From Erysipelotrichaceae bacterium MTC7 (GTDB taxonomy: Bacteria > Bacillota_I > Bacilli_A > Erysipelotrichales > Erysipelotrichaceae), in NCBI GenBank assembly GCA_001695645.1, contig LVZN01000023.1, positions 1-32,000 of the forward strand: 32,000 nucleotides of DNA, given 5' to 3'. Positions 1-8,700 of this stretch are shown here, piece by piece (within the stretch, counting starts at the first letter, position 1; every line of letters starts with the position of its first letter). The position numbers and the translations under genes are program-made. The notes under the pieces are model-generated. The model was not told the origin of the DNA and made no database searches. It saw only the letters and a list, made by a program, of their open reading frames with translations.

Positions 1-1
1 C

Positions 2-349
2 GCTGCACAGCTTTACTTTCAACAACATGACTTGCCTTACGACTTAATCCAAGTCATTGGCGTTTCTAATAAAGATACGGTTTCCAAAGCAAATCGTCCC
101 TTTAAACAAATTGAAGAACGTTTAAACCGAACCTTCAAGCAAAACTATCACGGGACAAACGGTTATCACTCACTCATATGTGCAAATAGCTATATGGTGT
201 GTTATGTAGCTTTCTTCAACTTCCTTAGAAGACACTCATCATTAGGCTACAAAACACCTGTTGATGACAACCTCTTTGATGGTGCTGAACTCATGCCGGA
301 CAAATGGTTAAAACTTATCGAATTAAGTTCTCAATACCAAATACACTAA
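2..349 (+). CDS. DDE (integrase-core type) transposase, C-terminal fragment; the 5' part lies outside the window
   Basis: The ORF is open to the left window edge; the listed start at 32 is a TTG inside an open frame. The tail ERLNRTFK...FFNFLRRHSSLGYKTP resembles the conserved C-terminus of rve/DDE transposases. I cannot assign an IS family by eye. Confidence 0.55.
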   Translation, partial: AAQLYFQQHDLPYDLIQVIGVSNKDTVSKANRPFKQIEERLNRTFKQNYHGTNGYHSLICANSYMVCYVAFFNFLRRHSSLGYKTPVDDNLFDGAELMPDKWLKLIELSSQYQIH

Positions 350-387
350 CAAATCAATCAAACTAGACTAGCCACATTGGTTTTTTT

Positions 388-417
388 ATCATGCTTAATT
401 GCATGATTTTTTCTTTT
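388..417 (+). terminator. Rho-independent terminator after the transposase gene
   Basis: ATCATGC-ttaatt-GCATGAT hairpin (388-407) followed by TTTTTCTTTT. Confidence 0.6.
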
Positions 418-981
418 GAATTTAGATTTCGTTTTCAAAGATCTCATTTATATCCATTTCCAAAGATTAATCACCTTTGGAATTCACTCGTTTTCATAAA
501 CTTTTTACACTACCCATATAACTAAACATCACCGGTTCCCGGGAATGTTTTTTTTGTTTTTTTCGATTGATTATAGAATATAATCGCTCGAACTTTTCTT
601 TCTTTTTTGTAATCTGCTTTTATTCATTACTGCTGTACGGGTAATTACCTGGTTAATTCTATTCTCATAATTGATCAGTTCCTTCCTTCCTTGTATTTAT
701 TAGATCCTGTGAAAGCAATCGAGTAAGGTATATGCTTTGTATTCTCTCTCTCGATTCCGCTCACAGCATCCAACAAACGTTTCTTTTATGTTTGTTGAAT
801 TGCCTTACCTGATAATTTTTGGCTTGTGTGTGTGTTTCAGTGTGTTTGTAAGAAGGTTCTCCTGGGCTATTAGGCAATCCCAAGTTCTTTATAATCATTC
901 ATATTCTTGAATGCGTCTTTTGCTTTTAGATATTGCTTTTTAGTTGTATTTTGCTATAATATGCATATAGCATCACGAAAA

Positions 982-1072
982 GCTTGTTTTTGCTTATTTC
1001 GCTTATTTCGCGTAATTTGCTTAATTCATTCATTTGCTTGCTTTGCTTACTTGCTTTGCTTGCTTTGCTTAT
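982..1072. repeat. Low-complexity GCTT-rich short tandem repeats
   Basis: GCTTATTTC occurs twice (992-1009), then reiterated TTGCTTGCTTTGCTTAC-like units (1034-1071). A (GT)n-like tract lies at about 826-848. The region is non-coding. Confidence 0.6.
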
Positions 1073-1092
1073 TCGTGTTGTGAATCGTTAAT

Positions 1093-1638
1093 CTAATTCG
1101 AAGCGTCCAAACTTTGAGAATTAGATTTTTTTTGTTTAAAATATTGCTCCAATACTGATACTTCCATTTTAGAGCCAAGAGCAAACACATACAGCGTTTC
1201 AATATTAGGGTTTAATTTTCCTAGGATATATTTATTTGTATTGTATGAGTCCATGTAGATCGTTTCAGATAGCATTTTTTGTGAAATGTTATCTTTTTTT
1301 AATTGTTCTAATAACTTCTTGAAAAAACATTTCCTGATTTTTGTTGCTTTCTTTTTAGCATCATCATATAAGGTTTCTTTTGCATTGCCATGTATAGCAA
1401 TGTCAAACACGCACATTGTTTCCAGAGTTGATTTTGCCTTTCCATGGATGTATTTTTTCATGTTGATATAGTCCATGTTCATCATCTTAGAAAATTTCAT
1501 AAGTGAAATATTATTCGCTTTAAGTTCTTCAGCAATTTCTTGAAAGAACTCTTTTCTTAATTCTAAAGACATCTCTGCAGCTCTTTCATACAGCGAAGCT
1601 TTAACTTTTATACTTTCCTCATCGAACTTTTTGGCCAT
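1093..1638 (-). CDS. Tandem double XRE-like helix-turn-helix protein (internal duplication), function unknown
   Basis: Two ~85-aa halves align with each other (FFQEIAEELKANNISLMKFSKMMNMDYINMKKYIHGKAKSTLETM and FFKKLLEQLKKDNISQKMLSETIYMDSYNTNKYILGKLNPNIETL), and each has an HTH_3-like pattern. I chose the start MAKKF (1638) because AGGAAG lies about 8 nt upstream; the longer ORF to 1677 has no RBS. Confidence 0.6.
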   Translation of the reverse strand: MAKKFDEESIKVKASLYERAAEMSLELRKEFFQEIAEELKANNISLMKFSKMMNMDYINMKKYIHGKAKSTLETMCVFDIAIHGNAKETLYDDAKKKATKIRKCFFKKLLEQLKKDNISQKMLSETIYMDSYNTNKYILGKLNPNIETLYVFALGSKMEVSVLEQYFKQKKSNSQSLDASN

Positions 1639-1718
1639 ACTCATCACTTCCTTTCTAATAAAACAAAAAAGAGCCATATTCTTTAAGAACTAAAGAATAT
1701 GACTCCTTGAATTTCCGA

Positions 1719-1794
1719 TGGCGGTCCTGATGGGACTCGAACCCACGATCTCCTCCGTGACAGGGAGGCATGTTAACCACTACACCACAGGACC
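1719..1794 (-). tRNA. tRNA-Asp (anticodon GUC), CCA encoded
   Basis: I folded the cloverleaf by hand: acceptor GGTCCTG/CAGGACC, D arm GTGT-AGTGGTTA-ACAT, anticodon stem CCTCC/GGAGG with loop CTGTCAC, T arm GTGGG-TTCGAGT-CCCAT, discriminator G, 3' CCA. Length 76 nt. Confidence 0.93.
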
Positions 1795-1836
1795 ATATTT
1801 TCTTCGTTTGCGAATTGTTTACCGCTAACGAAGTTA

Positions 1837-1865
1837 ATAATACCAAAGATTTCTCATCTGTGCAA
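1837..1865 (-). promoter_or_regulatory. Sigma-70-type promoter for tRNA-Asp
   Basis: On the minus strand, TTGCAC (-35, 1865-1860), an exact 17-nt spacer and TATTAT (-10, 1842-1837), about 40 nt upstream of the mature tRNA 5' end. Confidence 0.45.
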
Positions 1866-1928
1866 GTGTTTTTATGCAACTTTTTTTATTTTTTTTAGTT
1901 TTTTTATTTTTACCTATTTTTCTGTGGT

Positions 1929-2540
1929 TTAGACAATCTCCAAACCAAGCATTAATGCAATTGATGCGGCTTGGTCGAAGCGTATTTTTAAGCCTTTGCA
2001 TTTTTGTAAATCCACAAATAAACTATCAAATTCAGAGTTCGATACATCCAGGCCTGCTAAACTTGTTTCTCGTAAATCGAGTTTGTTGATAAGGCATTGT
2101 TCAAATGATAAGCCCTTTTGTTTCATCCCTAAAAATGAGCCTTCGACAAGTTCGCAACTTGTATATGCAACTTCTTTTATTTTCGTTGTCGCAAAGTTAG
2201 CATATCGTAAGATGGATTCTTGAAAACGCACATAGGTTAGACTTGCTTCAATAAAACTTGCACCAATTAACTTACAGTGCATAAAATCTACACGGTGCAA
2301 TAAGCTTTCTTCGAAATCAAAATTTGACACATCACAGTAAAGGAAGATTACATCAAGGATTTCCAACTTTTTAAAACTGTCGAAAGCAAACGTACAACGC
2401 TCAAACTTTACTTGATCAATTTTAACGAGATCAAAATCTTTGATATGACAATTTAGATAGTGTGTACATGCTTCTATAGTATCGATGGTTTCATCTTGTA
2501 TGATGGCATCGTACATTTCAATTGGTGTCGTATATTTCAT
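1929..2540 (-). CDS. Pentapeptide-repeat protein, Qnr/EfsQnr-like (DNA-gyrase-protection family)
   Basis: 203 aa, almost entirely pentapeptide repeats (for example CTFAFDSFKKLEILDVIFLYCDVSNFDFEESLLHRVDFMHCKLIGASFIEASL). Size and the C-terminal tail QAASIALMLGLEIV resemble the Enterococcus EfsQnr tail (QAIYLASALGLVIT) as I recall it. Confidence 0.7.
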   Translation of the reverse strand: MKYTTPIEMYDAIIQDETIDTIEACTHYLNCHIKDFDLVKIDQVKFERCTFAFDSFKKLEILDVIFLYCDVSNFDFEESLLHRVDFMHCKLIGASFIEASLTYVRFQESILRYANFATTKIKEVAYTSCELVEGSFLGMKQKGLSFEQCLINKLDLRETSLAGLDVSNSEFDSLFVDLQKCKGLKIRFDQAASIALMLGLEIV

Positions 2541-2666
2541 GCATCTATCATAGCTTACTCTTAGAAAAAGGAAAACCCCTCATTTGAAAATCATGTACCT
2601 GCTTTGCATGATTGATACGCCTAAGGTATAGTAAAAGTAGATATATACCCACGAGGAGGATAAGGT

Positions 2667-3038
2667 ATGAAACAATTCGATGCAAAGATTATTACGGAAC
2701 TGGTAGACACGTATATGCAAGCCGTTTACAACGGGGACATTGAGACTTTACAAACCATCTTTTATGGAGATGCAGCAATGTACGGTTACTTAAATGGATA
2801 TGGCGTCATGGCTACCCCACAAGTATTCTATGATGATATCAACAGTAAACCGACAATGAAAGAAAACGGTGATGATTGTCAGTATGTCATTACCCACCTA
2901 CAAGTAGAAGGAAACATTGCTTCTGTTTGTATGCAAGTGGAAGGTTTCTATGGTGAAGCTACTGTTATTGATATGTTTCACTTAATGAAAATTGAAGGGG
3001 TTTGGAAAATTACTTGTAAAACTTTTTCACAAAGATAG
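2667..3038 (+). CDS. NTF2-like (SnoaL / putative lumazine-binding fold) small protein
   Basis: 123 aa with RBS GAGGAGGA upstream. The pattern N-terminal helix (YMQAVYNGDIETLQTIF) plus C-terminal beta strands ending in WKI is typical of NTF2-like proteins. Confidence 0.6.
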   Translation: MKQFDAKIITELVDTYMQAVYNGDIETLQTIFYGDAAMYGYLNGYGVMATPQVFYDDINSKPTMKENGDDCQYVITHLQVEGNIASVCMQVEGFYGEATVIDMFHLMKIEGVWKITCKTFSQR

Positions 3039-3041
3039 TCA

Positions 3042-3069
3042 AAAGAAATCCACTATGGATTTCTTTTAT
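3042..3069 (+). terminator. Rho-independent terminator
   Basis: AAGAAATCCA-cta-TGGATTTCTT hairpin followed by TTATT. Confidence 0.65.
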
Positions 3070-3083
3070 TGTATAATACATGT

Positions 3084-4001
3084 ATGAATAATAAGAAACG
3101 AAATAACACCTTTCTAACGTTCCTATTAGTTTTATGTGTTGTCCTACTAGGTACGTTAACAACGAAAGGTATCATGACAAAACTATCGCAAGAGCAAAAG
3201 CAACCAATTGCGCTTTATCAAAATCAGACTTCTTTGCTAAAAAATGATACACAAGATCTTAACAGTGTCATTAAATCTCAGTTCCCTAAAAGTGTTGATT
3301 ACGAAGAGCGAAAGAAAGCAGAAGCAGAACGTGCAGCACAGGAAGCAAAAAAAGCAGAGGAAGAAGCAAAGCGTCAACAAGAAGAAAGTCAGCAACAAAC
3401 CAACACGGTTCCACAAATCCCACAGTATGCTGGTGATAAAATCGTGACCCTTACGTTTGATGATGGCCCTGGTTATGGCTCGACAGAACGCATTTTAAAC
3501 GTCTTAGCGCAATACAATATCAAAGCGACGTTCTTCGTCTTAGGTCAAAAGGTTGCACAAAACCCAGCAATGCTACAACGTATCATTGCCGAAGGTCATA
3601 CCGTTGGCTCGCATAGTTATGATCATCCGGATTTGGCAACCCTATCTTTAGATGCAGCCCAGCAACAAATGGATGCAACCGATCAACAAATTATCGCCGC
3701 TGGTGGTCAAGCAACAAGATATATGCGTCCACCCTATGGTAGTTATAGTGATGCACTTCGTCAACACATCCAAAAGAAAGAAATCCTTTGGAATGTGGAT
3801 AGTAATGATTGGCGCAACAAGCAAAACCCACAAGCAACTGTGAATAACGTAATGAGTAGTCTCAATCAAAACTCACTCATTCTATTTCACGATATCTACG
3901 ACAGCAGTGCAAGTGCTGTGGAGATGATCATTCCCCAACTTCTTGCAAATGGCTATCGGTTTGTGAGTTTGGATGAATACATCCAACTAACCGGATATTA
4001 A
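3084..4001 (+). CDS. Membrane-anchored polysaccharide deacetylase (NodB homology domain; peptidoglycan GlcNAc deacetylase-like)
   Basis: Classic NodB motifs are present: TFDDGP, HSYDHPDL and RPPYGS. The protein has an N-terminal TM anchor and a charged K/E/A/Q low-complexity linker. I set the start at the first ATG (MNNKKRNN); there is no SD (see the leaderless-start finding). Confidence 0.85.
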   Translation: MNNKKRNNTFLTFLLVLCVVLLGTLTTKGIMTKLSQEQKQPIALYQNQTSLLKNDTQDLNSVIKSQFPKSVDYEERKKAEAERAAQEAKKAEEEAKRQQEESQQQTNTVPQIPQYAGDKIVTLTFDDGPGYGSTERILNVLAQYNIKATFFVLGQKVAQNPAMLQRIIAEGHTVGSHSYDHPDLATLSLDAAQQQMDATDQQIIAAGGQATRYMRPPYGSYSDALRQHIQKKEILWNVDSNDWRNKQNPQATVNNVMSSLNQNSLILFHDIYDSSASAVEMIIPQLLANGYRFVSLDEYIQLTGY

Positions 4002-4007
4002 ACAAAA

Positions 4008-4046
4008 AAAGCAAGTTAATCACCCCAAGTGAACTTGCTTTTTTTG
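4008..4046 (+). terminator. Rho-independent terminator
   Basis: GCAAGTT (4011-4017) pairs with AACTTGC (4032-4038), followed by a T7 run. Confidence 0.7.
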
Positions 4047-4090
4047 GTCTCGATTTGCATGATTTTTTTAGCGAAATGTATAGTATTTAG

Positions 4091-4354
4091 TTAATTGCGA
4101 TATTTACTAAATAAAATGTCTGCTAATTCTAAGCTTAGTTCTCCTTTGCTAAAGAGTTCTACTGTTGCTGGATTTTGTACATCTTGACTTTGTACAATCG
4201 ACTCGATTTTCGATAAAATCTCCTCGTGCTTTTCTTTTACTTTACGATAGCTCAAATTGTATTGTCTAGCTAAAGAAATAAGCGATCCTTCTGCTTTTAC
4301 GTAATCATTCATATATGTTTGTTCTTCTTCATTTAATATACTGTACCAGTTCAT
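4091..4354 (-). CDS. Small HTH protein, DUF2089-like (lacks the zinc ribbon)
   Basis: LNEEEQTYMNDYVKAEGSLISLARQYNLSYRKVKEKHEEILSKIE resembles the HTH half of DUF2089 proteins. I chose the start MNWYS (4354) because GGGGA lies 7 nt upstream. Confidence 0.4.
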   Translation of the reverse strand: MNWYSILNEEEQTYMNDYVKAEGSLISLARQYNLSYRKVKEKHEEILSKIESIVQSQDVQNPATVELFSKGELSLELADILFSKYRN

Positions 4355-4525
4355 TTCAAGTCCCCACTTTCCATTTACCATACATCTCACATGCCTATTA
4401 TGATTAGAAACTTCCATACAATAAAGTTTCTTACCGCTATTCTAGCAAAACAAATAAAAAAAATCTATATGTTGTTTTGTATTTTATCCATGCGAATTTA
4501 CATATGGTAATCTCGTCTTTATTCC

Positions 4526-4552
4526 ATAAAAAATGCCACCATGATAGTGGCT
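4526..4552 (-). terminator. Rho-independent terminator downstream of bcp
   Basis: Minus-strand GCCAC-tatcatg-GTGGC followed by ATTTTTTAT. Confidence 0.6.
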
Positions 4553-4570
4553 TGTATCAACCGTATTGGA

Positions 4571-5032
4571 TTATAAACTTTTCAAGTATTCCACAATTTC
4601 CTCTGCATTCTTTTGTGGATTTGCACGTTTATAAACTTTGATGATTGTACCTTGTTCGTCAATCACAAATGTTGCTCTAGCAACACCCATATATTTTTTA
4701 CCATACATGTTTTTTTCAACCCAAACACCGTATTGTTCAATTGCATCAAGGGTTGGATCACTTAATAAGATAAATGGTAAATCGTATTTGTCGATAAACT
4801 TGCGGTGGCTATCTTTGCTATCCTTACTGATTCCAATGACGACTGTATTTTCATCATGAAAATCTTGAAACGCATTGCGAAAGGCACACGCTTGTTTTGT
4901 ACATCCAGCCGTATGATCTTTTGGATAAAAATATACGACTACTTTCTTTCCTAGATAATCATGAAGGTGATGCACCTTACCATCCGCATCTTCTAAAGCA
5001 AAATCATAAGCTTTTGTGTTTTCTGCTAACAT
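4571..5032 (-). CDS. bcp: Thioredoxin-dependent thiol peroxidase (peroxiredoxin Q/BCP)
   Basis: FYPKDHTAGCTKQACAFR active-site motif, 153 aa, RBS GAGGTG. Confidence 0.88.
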   Translation of the reverse strand: MLAENTKAYDFALEDADGKVHHLHDYLGKKVVVYFYPKDHTAGCTKQACAFRNAFQDFHDENTVVIGISKDSKDSHRKFIDKYDLPFILLSDPTLDAIEQYGVWVEKNMYGKKYMGVARATFVIDEQGTIIKVYKRANPQKNAEEIVEYLKSL

Positions 5033-5089
5033 GTCTTACACCTCATTTCTATATGTATAGTTTACGTGGTATCTTCTTTCGGTGCAATT

Positions 5090-5626
5090 TTATTGCCCAA
5101 AGTTAGGGTTACATAACGCATAGATGTAGTGGTCTTCCCAGTTTCCGTGAACGTAGATACTTGTTTTTGCAAGACCAACCTTTTCAAAACCACAACGTTC
5201 TAGTAAATGAATCGAATCTGTATTGTTTGGCATTACCCATGCCTCTAAGCGATGCAATTTCAATTGTTGAAATGCAAGTTGAATCACTTGTTGCATGGCT
5301 GAAGTACCATATCCCATGTTTTGAAAGTCCTGGTCAATACAATACCCAAGCCAGGCGCTTTGCATCGCCCCTCTTTCAACTTGATAGATATCAAAGGTCC
5401 CAATGAGTTCTTTGTCCACAAACAAGCCGTAGGCGTACGCCAAATCGCTCATCCGCAAAGCTAAAACATGTTCCATCCGCATTTCTTGCCCTGCTTTGGT
5501 AAAAAACGCTTCCGGTTTTGTTGGGTTAAATCGTTCAAAGTTTTCACGATTGTAGGTTTCAAATGTAACCATTTGATCAATATCTTGCACGCTTAAAAAA
5601 CGTATTTCAAAAGTTTCTTCATTCAT
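5090..5626 (-). CDS. GNAT family N-acetyltransferase (RimJ/RimL-like)
   Basis: QNMGYGTSAMQQVIQLAF (acetyl-CoA-binding-like segment) and HRLEAWVMPNNTDSIHLLERCGFEKVG, typical of the RimJ/L subgroup. Confidence 0.75.
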   Translation of the reverse strand: MNEETFEIRFLSVQDIDQMVTFETYNRENFERFNPTKPEAFFTKAGQEMRMEHVLALRMSDLAYAYGLFVDKELIGTFDIYQVERGAMQSAWLGYCIDQDFQNMGYGTSAMQQVIQLAFQQLKLHRLEAWVMPNNTDSIHLLERCGFEKVGLAKTSIYVHGNWEDHYIYALCNPNFGQ

Positions 5627-5783
5627 TGTATATCCTATCCCTTCTGCCTAACTTCTACGTTAGGGATTGTTCTATATGTATATGGTAACGTATTTCCAGT
5701 TTTTTTCCCATTGATATGACAATATATCCCAAACCACCAAACGATAAGGCACCCCATAGCTGAAGTGCCTTTATGTTTGTATG

Positions 5784-8700
5784 CTATTTTCTTTTTCTGT
5801 TTTTTAAGATTAAGATTCCAGTAGTGGCAAACGCTAGTAGAAGTAAAACCACATAATTGGTACTTCTAAAAACATCACCTGCTTCAATCACTGTTGAAGT
5901 GCTTGTCTGCGATCCTTGGTGTTCATCTTCAACCAATGGATGGTTCTCCACTTGTTTTTGAATGTGCAAAACACCATGTGTATAGGATGCAATTTCATAG
6001 TTTGGATGTACGTTTCCACCCGAAATGGTAATTGCATGTTTTCCACTTGTTTGGGTATTGTTTACTGGATACACCAACAGCGGAACTGCAAGGACAACAT
6101 CTTCTTGTCTATGTCCTTCCACTAAATTTTTAACAACAAAGCTTGCTTCTGGCAACGCATCACCTACCGTAATGTTAACATCATTTGCTTGTAGGTGTAA
6201 TGGACGCTTGTTGATCGTAAACTGTTGACTTGCATGTCCTTTGTACTCGTAAACCTCACGGTTTATGTTGACATAAACTTGATACGTTCCTGCATCCACT
6301 GGTGCAATCTCACTTGGTGCATAATCCGTTCCGTTTATCCCCATGTACATAATCGAGTACGCTTCTGGTGATACTTCAACAATATTTTTATTTGCATCCA
6401 CAAACGTAAGTTCGCTTAGCTCATGGCCAAGACCATCGTATACGAGATCCTTTACAGTGAACACTGGAGTAAGCTGTGTTTTTTCTTTTATGGTTAAGGT
6501 AAGTGTTACTTCAAATGGTTCAAAGTTATCACTGTATACAAGAATTGGGATGCTTGCTTTTTTACCATGAGGCACAGCAGCAACATGCATAACGATATCT
6601 TTTTCATTTAACTGCACAGGTTCACTCAACAGTCCGTCATCGTTGTTCACTTCACCCAGTTGATAGTTCGCATTTCCAAGTTGTTGATGCTCAGGCAACG
6701 TTGGTAAAAGACTACGGTAATCAAAGCGATACGTATCAGCAGTATTCTCTTGTAGTGTATGTTCTTTTGTCTTCCCTTTGGTTGCGGCTTTTGTAATATC
6801 CACAAGCACATCGGTTGGTTGGATCAACTTGTAATTGTGTGCACGATCTCCAGCGATGCTTAGGTCGGTACGCACAGGTTTTTGCATTTCAGCTTTTGCA
6901 CTTGAAACATATCCTGTAGTCCCAATAAGTTGTACATCATCTTGATCTACATCAAGCAACCCTTCAAGGGTTCCACCAGTTAACGTCACTTGCTTCGATC
7001 CATTGTAAGCACGACTTTTCGCCTTTACATCTTTTGTTTCAACTTCTTTAGTTGCAATATCCACCGTAAGATTTGATGGTTGTTCAATTGTATAGTTGGC
7101 AGCATTTGCACCCGTTAATTGCATGTTGGTCGTTACGGCTTTTGCATTTCCTGCATTTGCATTGTCTAACGTTCCGCGTCCAACTTGCAAACTTACAGTT
7201 TCACCAGCAAGAACTCCCTCAAGTTCTCCACCGCGTAGTTCAACTATCTCTGTTCCATCATAGACACGATTGATGGTTTGAACACCTTTGACGCTAAGTA
7301 CGTGATTGGCAATATCTACAAACAGATCATCTGGTTGTTGTAGCGTATAATTGCCTTTATCTTTTCCCGTCAAGGTTACACTTGTGCTAACGGCTTTGTT
7401 TTTTCCAGTTGCCGCACTCGCAACCTGTCCTTCGTGTAAATCAAAGCTTACATCTTCTCCTGCTACCACATTTTTAAGTTTACCACCTTGTAATTCCACA
7501 CTTGTCTTTCCATTGTAAGCACGATTGACTGTACGTACATCTTCTAAGTGAAGCTCTCGTTTTGAAATATTGACTGTCACATCGGTTGGTTGGACAAATG
7601 TATAGTTGTTTACATCATAGTCACCATGTAGTTGAATTGCCGTTTGCACTGACTTGGCAGTTCCAACATTAGCAGTCATTATCTTTCCTTCACCTAATGA
7701 TGGACGTACATTTGCACCATCATCTCCAATGAATCCCGAAAGCGTTCCACCTGTTAGTTCAACCGTTTTCGTTCCATCATAGACACGATTTGTTGCTTTG
7801 ACGTTTGCAACTGTAATTTCTTTAGGTAAGATATCGACTGTTAAATTGTTTGGAAAAATCAGTCGATAGTTATTTGCGGCACTTCCCTTAAAGGTAAAGC
7901 CTATATACACATGCTTCAGTTTTCCTGCATTTGCGTCCTTCGTTTTTGCATGTACGATGGTAAGTTCAACGTTTTGCTTATCACTTTCAAAAACATCATG
8001 CAATGACATCCCCGTAAGTTCAACGCTTGTTGATCCATCATACGTTTTATTGGTTGCCTTTATATGTTCAAGGGAAAGCGGTAATTTTTCAATCGTATAC
8101 GTTCCAACTTTCAACGGTGTTGTAATCGGTCCAAAAGCAGTACCACCTGTTGTAGTGACACAAATTTCATACGTTCCAGCTTGGCTGGGTGCAGTTGTTG
8201 TAACGACTTGATTTTTATCTTTGTAATGGACGGTAATCAATCCACCTGTTTGCGTAGTGAATTTATTTTTTCCTTCCACAAGAACTGGTTGTTCTTTTGC
8301 ATTATAAATCACATTGGCAAAGGTATTGGTAAATTCCTGTTTTGTTGGTCTTTTTTGTATAACTTGTACAGGTAGTTCAATAAATCCATTTGTTGTTTCA
8401 TTTTCATATGAAATTCCATATTGATTTTTTGCTAGCGTTGACCAATATACATTTGCTGCTGGTGCCAAAAATAAATCTGTCGTACTTAATTCTTCGTACG
8501 TTTGTGATGCCCCATCTTGTGTATCCCATGCGATGATTTGTCCTGCTGATGTTGGTGAAAAACCTGGTTTACTAACCACATCGTTCGTTGACTTCCCATA
8601 ACTAAACACAGCTCCACCTTGCAGGCTTAGACTTGCTTCTTCTTTTGTTAGAATCGCAGGTTTTGTTGCACTTTCATTCATAATTAACCCGCCACGGATG

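Noticed and set aside
536-545. TTCCCGGGAA perfect palindrome followed by a long T run, considered as an IS terminal repeat or terminator.
   Set aside because: No matching inverted copy exists in the window. The palindrome can form only a very short stem (CCGG-ttc-CCGG). Nothing identifiable is transcribed into it.
982-1072. GCTT-rich short repeats, considered as a CRISPR array or minisatellite.
   Set aside because: The units are only 9-17 bp, degenerate and contiguous. They have no unique spacers and no cas genes nearby. This is low-complexity intergenic DNA.
1655-2223. ORFs 1655-1879(-), 1874-2089(+) and 1996-2223(+).
   Set aside because: The first runs through the tRNA-Asp gene. The others are low-complexity or antisense shadows of the pentapeptide-repeat gene. 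None has an RBS.
5787-5930. LPXTG-type sortase signal at the C-terminus of the giant surface protein.
   Set aside because: No LPXTG, LAXTG, NPQTN or SPXTG-like pentapeptide precedes the hydrophobic tail. I report it only as a sortase-like layout without the motif.
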